64,000 nt of DNA. Origin: Gemmatimonas sp. Its GTDB lineage: Bacteria; Gemmatimonadota; Gemmatimonadetes; Gemmatimonadales; Gemmatimonadaceae. The notes under the pieces are model-generated. The model was not told where the DNA came from. It did not search any database and saw only the letters and a list, made by a program, of their open reading frames with translations. Location: positions 352,001 through 416,000 of the forward strand of contig OZ257156.1 in assembly GCA_965279375.1 (NCBI GenBank), written 5' to 3'. A program made the translations under genes and the position numbers. This document shows, in pieces, positions 56,248 to 64,000 of the stretch (within the stretch, counting starts at the first letter, position 1; each line of letters starts with the position of its first letter).

Positions 56248-57093
56248 ATGAATACCGTAAGACGCTCGTCAAAGCTCCCCTCTGTGCTCATCGCCGGCGT
56301 GTGGGTGAGCGCGGCGGTCCTCGCTGTCGCTGGCGTCGGGCTCCTGGCAGACCATCGCACTATCTCTGGCGCGCCCGCGTGGCTCAAGCCCGCAAAGTTC
56401 GGCGCGTCCGCGCTCGTCTATACGCTTTCGCTGGCGTTCATGACGCGCGACCTGCCCCCCACGCGATGGCTGCGCTTCGCTTGGTGGGCCACCACCCTCA
56501 TGCTGGCCGGTGAGCTCGCCGCGATCTGCATGCAGGCAGCACGCGGCACCACGAGTCACTTCAACATCGACAGCCCATTCGACGTCGCCATCTACTCCTC
56601 CATGGGCGTCGGAATTGCCACGGCGTGGCTCGCCTCAGCGATCATCCTCTGGCAGCACCTGCGCTTCCCAGCACCGGATCGCGCGCTGGCGCTCGCCCTC
56701 CGACTCGGTCTTGCCCTCAACATTCTCGGCGCGGGCATCGGCTGGACGATGACGCGCCCCTTCCCCGGGCAGGTCGAGGCGATCTCACGCGGCGAGCGTC
56801 CACGCGTGGCCGGCCGACACACCGTTGGCGCACCCGATGGCGGTGCTGGACTGCCCGTGACGCGCTGGAGCACGACGCACGGCGATCTGCGCGTGCCTCA
56901 CTTTATCGGCATGCACGCGCTGCAACTGCTTCCACTATTGGTGTTGCTCATGCGCCGCGTCCGCTCGACGCAGAATGAGGCGACAGCACGTATCGTGCTG
57001 TATGGTGCCACCGCCGCCTATGTCGCGCTCGTCGCGCTGACCTTGCAACGCGCGCTCGCCGACATTCCGCTCATCGCCGCCACGGGAAGTTGA
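56248..57093 (+). CDS. Conserved multi-pass membrane protein (ABA4-associated)
   Basis: WLKPAKF, QAARG..SHFN, GDLRVPHFIGMHALQ; 6-7 TM. Confidence 0.75.
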   Translation: MNTVRRSSKLPSVLIAGVWVSAAVLAVAGVGLLADHRTISGAPAWLKPAKFGASALVYTLSLAFMTRDLPPTRWLRFAWWATTLMLAGELAAICMQAARGTTSHFNIDSPFDVAIYSSMGVGIATAWLASAIILWQHLRFPAPDRALALALRLGLALNILGAGIGWTMTRPFPGQVEAISRGERPRVAGRHTVGAPDGGAGLPVTRWSTTHGDLRVPHFIGMHALQLLPLLVLLMRRVRSTQNEATARIVLYGATAAYVALVALTLQRALADIPLIAATGS

Positions 57094-57095
57094 TC

Positions 57096-57518
57096 ATGTC
57101 AGATGCGCAGCTGTTTCAGATCGCCAACACAACGGCGCTCGTCAGTTGGATCGCCCTCGCGCTACAGCCCAGACGCGTCGTGCGCCTGTTGCAGCTGCTG
57201 GTGCCGGGGGCCTTCGCCGTGCTCTACATCTGGCTCATCGCCACGTCGCTCCCGGGCGCAGAGGGAGGCTTCGACTCGCTCGCGCATGTGAAGCAGCTCT
57301 TCACATCGGATCGCGCCGTCCTCGCGGGATGGGTGCACTATCTCGCGTTCGATCTCTTCATCGGATGCTGGGAAGTGCTGGATGCCCAGGAGCGCCGAAT
57401 ACATCATCTGTTGGTCGTGCCGTGCCTGTTCCTGACATTCATGTTCGGGCCGGCGGGACTGCTTCTGTACCTAACGCTCCGCAGCATCAAGGGACGTACT
57501 GTCGCCTCCGTCGCCTAA
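57096..57518 (+). CDS. ABA4-like family protein (DUF4281)
   Basis: AGWVHYLAFDLFIG, PCLFLTFMFGPAGLLLY. Confidence 0.85.
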   Translation: MSDAQLFQIANTTALVSWIALALQPRRVVRLLQLLVPGAFAVLYIWLIATSLPGAEGGFDSLAHVKQLFTSDRAVLAGWVHYLAFDLFIGCWEVLDAQERRIHHLLVVPCLFLTFMFGPAGLLLYLTLRSIKGRTVASVA

Positions 57519-57578
57519 CCGTGTTGGATCGCCGCGCGCCGGGATCGCCATAGGCGCGGTACGCTCGTGAAAAACAAG

Positions 57579-57609
57579 CGGGCCCGGATCTCTCGCAGAT
57601 CCGGGCCCG
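57579..57609. terminator. Bidirectional intrinsic terminator
   Basis: 13-bp perfect stem cgggcccggatct / agatccgggcccg, flanked by aaaaacaag and tcgtttc. Confidence 0.8.
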
Positions 57610-57632
57610 TCGTTTCGTACAGCAACCGCTGA

Positions 57633-60600
57633 TTAGTGCTTCTGCTTCACCGCACCGCGATCGTCGTCATCGCCACTAGCCGGCCCAAACGGGAAGCCAG
57701 ACTCACCCGCGCCCATGTTCTCGACGCGCAGCTTGGTCTTCATCGTCGTGCCGTTGACCGTCAGAACGACGCTGTAGTCGCCCGTGTTGGCCGACTGCGG
57801 ACGTCCGCCGCCGAAACCGCCGAAGCCGCCGCGACCACCCGGCGCCGCCGGAACAGGCAGGCCGATCAGCGCGAAGATCTTCCCGATCAGCGCCTGCTGC
57901 GCGGGCGTGGTCTGCGCGGGGGCACCCGGAGGACCACCTGCACCCGGAGGGCCACCTGCGCCACGACCACCGGCCGACTCCGCCGGACGCGCGCAGAACG
58001 GCTCCCACTGCGTCAACGGACGCTCGCAGGCGCCCTGACCACCGCGACCGCCACCACCACCGCCGCCACGTCCCGCCAACGCCGGGTTAAACGCGGGGAT
58101 CGGCGTCAGCAAGCGCTTCGCAGCCGCAATCGCCGAGCTGTCGAACTTCGCCTTCGTCAGCGAGTCGAGCACGACCGGCGCACGCACCGTGCGCAGGATG
58201 CTGTCTCGCTTCTCGCTTGGGCTGAGCGCCGCACGCGGCTGAGGACGCGGCGTGATGCCGTACGCCCAGTTCACCGTGTGCAAACCGGCCGTACCCGGGC
58301 CCGTGAGCGTCTGCACCGTGTCACCCGACGCATCGACAATGCTGATGCGCGCCGGCTGACCACCCGCACCCGTCACGCGATACGAGATGGTGGCACCGTA
58401 CGTCGGATTCTGCGTCGCGAAGAACGCCTGACCGTTGCCGTTGCCGGCCGCGCCGCCCGTCGGCGCCTCACCCCACATGAAGGCAGGCTTGGGATCGAAC
58501 AGGTGCGCGTTCTTGGCCACCACCGTCTTGCTCATTTGCTCGAGCGGCGCGATGTCCACGATCCAGAAGCTCCGACCATGCGTCGCGGCAATCAGCTCGT
58601 GGTCACGCGGATGGATCTGCAGATCGTACACCGGCACGCTCGGGAAATTCGCCGCGAACTTGCTCCACGTCGCGCCACGATCGATCGACACATACGCGCT
58701 GATCGACGTACCCACGAACAGCAGATCGCGGTTCCACGGATCTTCACGCAGCACGTGCACGTGATCGCCCGGGCCGTCGGTCGGCAGGTTGTTCGCAATC
58801 GACTTGAACGACTTGCCACCGTCGTTGGTCACGTAAACGTACGGCTTGAAGTCGTTCCAGCGATGGTTGTCGAAGGTGACATAGAACGTTTCCGTGTCGA
58901 ACTTCGACGCTTCGATGCGCGACACCACCACTTCGCCACCGTTCGGCAGACCGGGGATGCGCGCCGATACGTTCTCCCACGTCGCGCCATCGTTCACCGA
59001 CTTCCACACGTTGCCGTCATCGGTGCCAGCAAACAGCAAACCCTGCTTGGCCGGGCTCTCTTCCATCGCCACCACCGTGCCATACGTCTCGGCGCCGGTC
59101 GCATCGAGCGTGATGCCACCCGTCAGACGCAGCGACGTATCGATCTTGGCCGTCAGCAGCTTGGAGAGGTCGGGCGAGATGAGTGAGAAATCTTCACCGC
59201 GCTTGCTCGACTTGAGCACGCGGTTGCCCGCGAAGTAGATCACCGCCGGATTGTGCGGCGAGATGAAGAACGGCGAGTTCCAGTTGAAGCGCAGCGCGAG
59301 ATCGACCGAGTCCTTCTTCTGCTGCACGCGCAGCGCGGCAATGGCCGCATTCTGCGCCTTCGTCGCCGGTACCAGCGGATCGCCACGGACGATCGCGATG
59401 GAGTCTTCCCACGCGCGGTACTGGGTCGGCCAGTTCGGCTTGGAGAACGCGAGACGCTCGCCCGTCTTGAGATTCAAGCGCGTGGCGTTGCCGCCCTGCG
59501 ACTCGCCGTACACGATCGTTGGGTCCGTCGGATCCTGCGCCGTGTAGAAGCCGTCGCCGCCAGCGATGGTGAACCAGTACCCGAGCGTCGTCGTACCAGC
59601 GCGACGCTTGCTCGGGCCACACCACGAGCCGTTGTCCTGCGCGCCGCCGCAGATGTTGTACGGCACCGCCATGTCGTAGCTGACTTCGTAGAACTGTCCG
59701 ATGGGCAGGTTCTGCATCTGATTGAAGTTGCCGCCCTTGTCGAAGGTGAACGCAATGCCACCGTCGTTGGCGAGCACCCAGCGCTCCGGATCATTCGGAT
59801 CGATCCAGATGCCGTGGTCGTCCACGTGCACGTTCTGCGCAGCGTTCTTGGCGGTCTTGCCACCGTCGTCCGAGACCTGCAGCTCGGTGCTCGAGTAGTA
59901 CACGCGATCCGGGTTCTTCGGGTCGCTGCGCACCTGCGAGTAGTAGAACGGGCGCACGTTGGTGTTGTTCATCTGCGTCCACGTCGCACCGCCATCCGTC
60001 GACCGCCACAAGCCGTTGTCCTTCGGCGCGCGCTCGGGCGTGTAGCTGCCGTCGGCACTCGGCGCGGCCGCTTCGATCATCGCGTAGATGACATTCGGGT
60101 TGCTGCGGTTGATGTCGAGCCCGATACGTCCCTTGGCGCCGGCGGGGAAACCACCGCCCTTCACCTCGGTCCACGTCGTACCGCCATCGGTCGTCTTCCA
60201 CAGGGCCGAGCCCGGTCCGCCGCTCTTGAGTGAGTACGGCGTGCGATAGCGCTCCCAGCTGGCCGCGAACAGGATGTTCGGATCCTTCAGGTTGATCGCG
60301 ACGTCGACGAAGCCCGCCTTGTTGCTGACGAACTTGGACATCTGCCACGTGTTGCCACCGTCGGTGGACTTGTACAGGCCACGCTCCGGGTTGGACGCCC
60401 ACGCTGCACCCAACGCCGCCACGTACAGGACGTTCGGGTTGGTGGGATGCACCACGATGCGACCGATGTGCTGCGTCTTCTCGAGACCCTTGAGGGTCCA
60501 GGTCAGGCCGCCGTCGGTGGACTTGTAAATGCCGCCACCCGCTTCGATCGAGTTGCGCGAATTGGGCTCGCCGGTGCCGGCCCACACCTGCTGCGTGTCG

Positions 60601-60902
60601 CTCGGCGCGATGGCCAGCATGCCCATGGAGATGACGCGCTTGTCATCGAACACGGGACGCCAGGTGATGCCGTTGTTGGTGGTCTTCCAGATGCCGCCCG
60701 CCGCCGCAGCGACGAAGAGCGTCTTGGACGGACCCGGAATGCCGACGACGTCGGAAAGGCGGCCCATGAAATTGGCCGGACCGACGGTGCGCCAGCGCAA
60801 GCCGGCGATCGTCGCCGAGTCGAGCGTCTGGGCCGCTGCTGTGCCGGACAGCAGCAGAGCTGCGGCACCAGCGAGCGTGGGGAGAGTACGATGCAGTCGC
60901 AT
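57633..60902 (-). CDS. Secreted VPS10/sortilin-like BNR-repeat protein (putative glycosyl hydrolase)
   Basis: Signal peptide, WRTVGP..MGR, many S/T-xDGGxTW boxes, HVDDH, GGAQDNG, GGDG, AATHGRS. Confidence 0.88.
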   Translation of the reverse strand: MRLHRTLPTLAGAAALLLSGTAAAQTLDSATIAGLRWRTVGPANFMGRLSDVVGIPGPSKTLFVAAAAGGIWKTTNNGITWRPVFDDKRVISMGMLAIAPSDTQQVWAGTGEPNSRNSIEAGGGIYKSTDGGLTWTLKGLEKTQHIGRIVVHPTNPNVLYVAALGAAWASNPERGLYKSTDGGNTWQMSKFVSNKAGFVDVAINLKDPNILFAASWERYRTPYSLKSGGPGSALWKTTDGGTTWTEVKGGGFPAGAKGRIGLDINRSNPNVIYAMIEAAAPSADGSYTPERAPKDNGLWRSTDGGATWTQMNNTNVRPFYYSQVRSDPKNPDRVYYSSTELQVSDDGGKTAKNAAQNVHVDDHGIWIDPNDPERWVLANDGGIAFTFDKGGNFNQMQNLPIGQFYEVSYDMAVPYNICGGAQDNGSWCGPSKRRAGTTTLGYWFTIAGGDGFYTAQDPTDPTIVYGESQGGNATRLNLKTGERLAFSKPNWPTQYRAWEDSIAIVRGDPLVPATKAQNAAIAALRVQQKKDSVDLALRFNWNSPFFISPHNPAVIYFAGNRVLKSSKRGEDFSLISPDLSKLLTAKIDTSLRLTGGITLDATGAETYGTVVAMEESPAKQGLLFAGTDDGNVWKSVNDGATWENVSARIPGLPNGGEVVVSRIEASKFDTETFYVTFDNHRWNDFKPYVYVTNDGGKSFKSIANNLPTDGPGDHVHVLREDPWNRDLLFVGTSISAYVSIDRGATWSKFAANFPSVPVYDLQIHPRDHELIAATHGRSFWIVDIAPLEQMSKTVVAKNAHLFDPKPAFMWGEAPTGGAAGNGNGQAFFATQNPTYGATISYRVTGAGGQPARISIVDASGDTVQTLTGPGTAGLHTVNWAYGITPRPQPRAALSPSEKRDSILRTVRAPVVLDSLTKAKFDSSAIAAAKRLLTPIPAFNPALAGRGGGGGGGRGGQGACERPLTQWEPFCARPAESAGGRGAGGPPGAGGPPGAPAQTTPAQQALIGKIFALIGLPVPAAPGGRGGFGGFGGGRPQSANTGDYSVVLTVNGTTMKTKLRVENMGAGESGFPFGPASGDDDDRGAVKQKH

Positions 60903-61052
60903 GGAAAGTGGTACGAGGAAGGAACGCGGAACCGATGGCCTACAGTGTGCACTTAGCCACATAATGCAAGACGTGACTTGGGCGCTGCGCGTTGAGACGC
61001 ATCGCAGCGCATCTGGAGATGCCAAATCAGCAGCTAGATCGACGCGCGATAA

Positions 61053-61073
61053 CTTTCATAAACTTTTCATAAA
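61053..61073 (+). promoter_or_regulatory. AT-rich direct repeat with 11-bp period (PhoB/OmpR-box-like)
   Basis: CTTTCAT-AAAC-TTTTCAT-AAA just before the ADH ATG. Confidence 0.4.
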
Positions 61074-61079
61074 TCAACC

Positions 61080-62132
61080 ATGACCACCGTTCACGCTTAC
61101 GCGGCGCACAGCGCCACCACGCCCCTCGCACCGTGGTCCTTCGAGCGCCGCACGCCCGGCCCGCGCGACGTGCAGATCGACATCCTCTTCTGCGGCGTCT
61201 GCCACTCCGACCTGCACACCGTGCGCGGCGAGTGGGGCACCATCGCGTACCCGCAGGTGCCGGGACATGAAATCGTCGGTCGGGTCGTCTCGGTCGGCGC
61301 CGACGTCACGACGCACAAGGTCGGCGACATGGTCGGCGTCGGTTGCCTCGTCGACAGCTGCCAGCACTGCGCGTCCTGCAGCGACGGCCTCGAGCAGTAT
61401 TGCGAGAACGGCAGCACGGGCACCTACGGCGGCGTCGAAAAGGAGTCCGGCAAGCCCACGCAGGGCGGATACTCCTCGGGCATCGTGGTCGACGAACGCT
61501 TCGTCGTCCGCATCCCCGCCGGCATGGAGCTCGCCGCAGCCGCGCCGCTGCTCTGCGCCGGTATCACCACCTACTCGCCGCTCCGCGAATGGAAGGCGGG
61601 CCCGGGAAAGCGCGTCGGTGTCGTCGGACTTGGCGGACTCGGCCATATGGCCGTCAAGCTCGCGAACGCGATGGGCGCGCACGTTGTGCTCTTCACCACG
61701 TCGCCCAGCAAGATCGAGGACGCCAAGCGCCTCGGCGCCCATGACGTCGTCATCTCCACCGATCCGGCACAGATGAAGGCGGTCCGCAACTCGCTCGACC
61801 TCATCATCGACACCGTCAGCGCCCCGCACGACCTCGACGCCGAGCTGGGGCTCCTGCGCCGCGACGGCACGCTCGTCCTGCTCGGTGGGTCGCCGGTCCC
61901 GCACCCCGCCACGTCGGTGTGGCCGTTCATCCTGCAGCGGAAGCGACTGGCCGGCTCCCTGATCGGCGGTCTGCGCGAAACGCAGGAAATGCTCGACTTC
62001 TGCGCCGCGCACCACATCGCCTCGGACATCGAAGTCATCGCGGCGAAGGACATCAACACGGCGTACGAGCGCATGCTCAAGTCGGACGTCAAGTACCGCT
62101 TCGTCATCGACGTCAGCACGATCGGCGCCTGA
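61080..62132 (+). CDS. Zn-dependent NAD(P) alcohol dehydrogenase (cinnamyl-ADH/YahK-like)
   Basis: CGVCHSD, PGHEIVG, CQHCASC...C, LLCAGITTYSPL, GLGGLGH, VKYRFVID. Confidence 0.94.
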   Translation: MTTVHAYAAHSATTPLAPWSFERRTPGPRDVQIDILFCGVCHSDLHTVRGEWGTIAYPQVPGHEIVGRVVSVGADVTTHKVGDMVGVGCLVDSCQHCASCSDGLEQYCENGSTGTYGGVEKESGKPTQGGYSSGIVVDERFVVRIPAGMELAAAAPLLCAGITTYSPLREWKAGPGKRVGVVGLGGLGHMAVKLANAMGAHVVLFTTSPSKIEDAKRLGAHDVVISTDPAQMKAVRNSLDLIIDTVSAPHDLDAELGLLRRDGTLVLLGGSPVPHPATSVWPFILQRKRLAGSLIGGLRETQEMLDFCAAHHIASDIEVIAAKDINTAYERMLKSDVKYRFVIDVSTIGA

Positions 62133-62144
62133 TCCTCGCTTGGC

Positions 62145-62170
62145 GCTCGCGCCGCGACCGCGGCGCGAGC
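62145..62170 (+). terminator. GC-rich hairpin after the ADH stop (no U-tract)
   Basis: gctcgcgccgcg-ac-cgcggcgcgagc. Confidence 0.45.
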
Positions 62171-62286
62171 AGGGGAGCATCGCGCTCTCAGCGGTTCACG
62201 CTATTTTGTGCCGTACAGCACGAACCGTCGTACTCGTTTGCGCTTCACACCGGCAAAGCAACGTCTTCCCCCGCCTTCTCCGCTGA

Positions 62287-63006
62287 ATGCCCTTCGCAGC
62301 ACTCGCGCAATGGACTGAACCGCGCTCGCTCCTCGTGGTCGAGGACGACGATGCGCTCCGGCAAACGCTCGTGGAGTCGCTTACCGCGATCTGTCCGCGC
62401 GTACGCTCGGCCGCCACGCTGGCCGAGGCGATGCGTGAGTGCGCCGAAGAACAGCCCGACCTCGTGCTACTCGACCTCGGCCTGCCCGACGGCGACGGCT
62501 CCGAGCTGCTGACTCGACTCCGCGCGATCACCACGGTCCCCATGATCGTGCTGTCGGTGCGCGAGAACGACGAAGACAAAGTGCAGATGCTCGACGCCGG
62601 GGCTGACGACTTTCTGACGAAGCCCTGCAGCTCGGCCGAATTGCTGGCCCGGGTGCGCGGCCAGCTCCGGCGGTCGGCGGCGTCGATGGCGGCCCGCTCC
62701 GTCGCGCACATGGTCTGCGAAGACGTCGAGATCGACCTGATCAACCAGCGCGTTTCCCGCGCGGGCGTCCCGCAGCGCCTCACCCCCACCGAGTGGGCAC
62801 TCCTGCGCACGCTGGTACTGCACGCTGGCCGTCCACTCACACCGCGCCAGCTCTGGGATCTGGTGTGGGATCGCGAGTTTGGCGACTACGCCGTGCATGT
62901 TCGCGTGCACATGACGCATCTGCGCCGAAAGATCGAGCCCAATTCGGCCTCACCTCGGCTGATCATCACCGAACCGGGCGTGGGCTACCGCTTCGTCATG
63001 CCGTGA
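62287..63006 (+). CDS. OmpR-family response regulator, KdpE-like
   Basis: VVEDD, LLDLGLPDGDG, LDAGADDFLTKP, LTPTE, LRRKIE...IITEPGVGYRF. Confidence 0.9.
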   Translation: MPFAALAQWTEPRSLLVVEDDDALRQTLVESLTAICPRVRSAATLAEAMRECAEEQPDLVLLDLGLPDGDGSELLTRLRAITTVPMIVLSVRENDEDKVQMLDAGADDFLTKPCSSAELLARVRGQLRRSAASMAARSVAHMVCEDVEIDLINQRVSRAGVPQRLTPTEWALLRTLVLHAGRPLTPRQLWDLVWDREFGDYAVHVRVHMTHLRRKIEPNSASPRLIITEPGVGYRFVMP

Positions 63007-64000
63007 AGGAGAAAACGGCCTGGCAATGGGCCCGTTGGTTCCTCCTCTACGCGGTCGTCTCGCTCGCCATCGCGCGCTTTGGCGACCCGTCGTCGCTGCG
63101 AATCTCGTACGGCGTCTTGTTGTACCTGCTCATCATCGTCGGCACGGCCCTAGAGGGTGGCCGGATCGCCTCGGTGTGCATGGTCGGCGCCGGCTACCTC
63201 GCGGTGAACTGGCTCTTCGTGCCGCCACGACGAGCGTTTGGTCAGCCGAGCCATCTCGACGTAGTCATTCTCGTGGGGTTTCTCGCCACCGGGCTCGTCA
63301 TCTCGCAGTTGGTGGTCACACTCAAGCAGACGGCAACCATTGCCATTGCGCGTGCGGAAGAGATCGAGCGACTGAGTACCGAGCGGCTGCAACTGGAACG
63401 CGTTGCGTCGCGCGCGCATGTGTTGCAGGAGGCCGAGCGATTGAAGAACGCGCTGCTCGCCTCACTCACGCACGACCTGCGCTCGCCCATCACCACAATG
63501 GGGATGTTGGCCGAGTCGAGCTCTGTGGTGCCGCACAGCGAAGCACTCCGGCGCATCGGCGACGAAGTCCGTCGTCTCGAGGAATTCGTGAGCGCGATCG
63601 GTCGCTTCGCGAGTGTCGCTGGCGCCGAAACGCTGCTGGTGCTCGAGACGCACGTGGTGGAGGATCTCGTCGGCGCCGCGCTGCGCTCGAGCGAGGCTGG
63701 CCTCATCGGACATCCCGTACACGTGGAGTCCGGTCCGATGCTGCTCGTCCACTGCGACTTCACGCTGTCGCTCAAGATTCTCGACAACCTGCTCGTCAAT
63801 GCTGCGCGCTACACACCGCCCGGATCACCGATCGATATCTCGGCACGCGAAGTCGATCGCCAGGTCTACATCACCGTGGCAGATCGAGGGGCAGGACTGG
63901 ATCGGGAGGAGGCGGTCCGACTGTTTCGCCCGCTTGAGCGCGGCCGCGAGACCGCTGACGGCCCGCCGGGGAGCGGCATGGGGCTCTCGATCGCCCGTGC
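63003..64000 (+). CDS. Sensor histidine kinase, minimal KdpD-like (DUF4118-HisKA-HATPase), partial
   Basis: Not in ORF track (no stop in window). GTG 63003 overlaps the regulator stop: MKEKTAWQW...VNWLFVPP...LKNALLASLTHDLRSP...NLLVNAARY...ADRGAG...GSGMGLSIAR. Confidence 0.88.
   Translation, partial: MKEKTAWQWARWFLLYAVVSLAIARFGDPSSLRISYGVLLYLLIIVGTALEGGRIASVCMVGAGYLAVNWLFVPPRRAFGQPSHLDVVILVGFLATGLVISQLVVTLKQTATIAIARAEEIERLSTERLQLERVASRAHVLQEAERLKNALLASLTHDLRSPITTMGMLAESSSVVPHSEALRRIGDEVRRLEEFVSAIGRFASVAGAETLLVLETHVVEDLVGAALRSSEAGLIGHPVHVESGPMLLVHCDFTLSLKILDNLLVNAARYTPPGSPIDISAREVDRQVYITVADRGAGLDREEAVRLFRPLERGRETADGPPGSGMGLSIAR

Noticed and set aside
57636..59186. Other long antisense ORFs (also 9632-11140, 19509-20981, 28815-30308, 36944-38455, 41968-43581, 51819-53492, 61074-62180)
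   Set aside because: All lie opposite well-supported genes and lack recognisable motifs.
63026..63937. 303-aa ORF in the track
   Set aside because: Wrong frame; the real gene is the histidine kinase starting at 63003.
1..64000. Mobile elements, prophage, rRNA or tRNA
   Set aside because: No transposase, integrase, phage structural genes or RNA gene signatures seen; composition appears uniform by eye.

Overview
GC-rich, gene-dense 64 kb bacterial chromosome segment. Gene content (tandem SusC/SusD pairs, barrel-less TonB plug proteins, PD40-amidohydrolase, VPS10/BNR proteins, Hanks kinase) suggests Gemmatimonadota, but this is inference. About 50 CDSs were found and no rRNA, tRNA, CRISPR array, IS element or prophage. 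Main modules: (i) a minus-strand redox operon ccdA-tlpA-ECF sigma-zinc anti-sigma-cytochrome b-Tat Mo-oxidoreductase; (ii) a PVC-type dehydrogenase/HEAT/DUF1080 fusion with a separate cytochrome c; (iii) a SigG/ECF56-like sigma factor with a VOC gene, whose putative promoter CGATGA-N18-GTC recurs exactly in front of a BNR beta-propeller plus ubiquitin-like (GG-ending) gene pair that is divergent from an E1-rhodanese (MoeB/MoeZ) gene, the best candidate for an uncharacterised system here; (iv) cyanophycinase-like/amidohydrolase/dCMP deaminase genes; (v) a FecA-like receptor, two SusCD pairs and PhoD; (vi) VIT-vWA/ECF/anti-sigma; (vii) a TipA/AlbA-like MerR regulator with a ptipA-like promoter; (viii) a candidate structured RNA leader near 48.8-49.0 kb; (ix) an ABA4-like gene pair, a VPS10 protein, an alcohol dehydrogenase and a minimal KdpDE-like two-component system running off the right end. 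All family calls come from motif recognition by eye; no database searches or folding programs were run.
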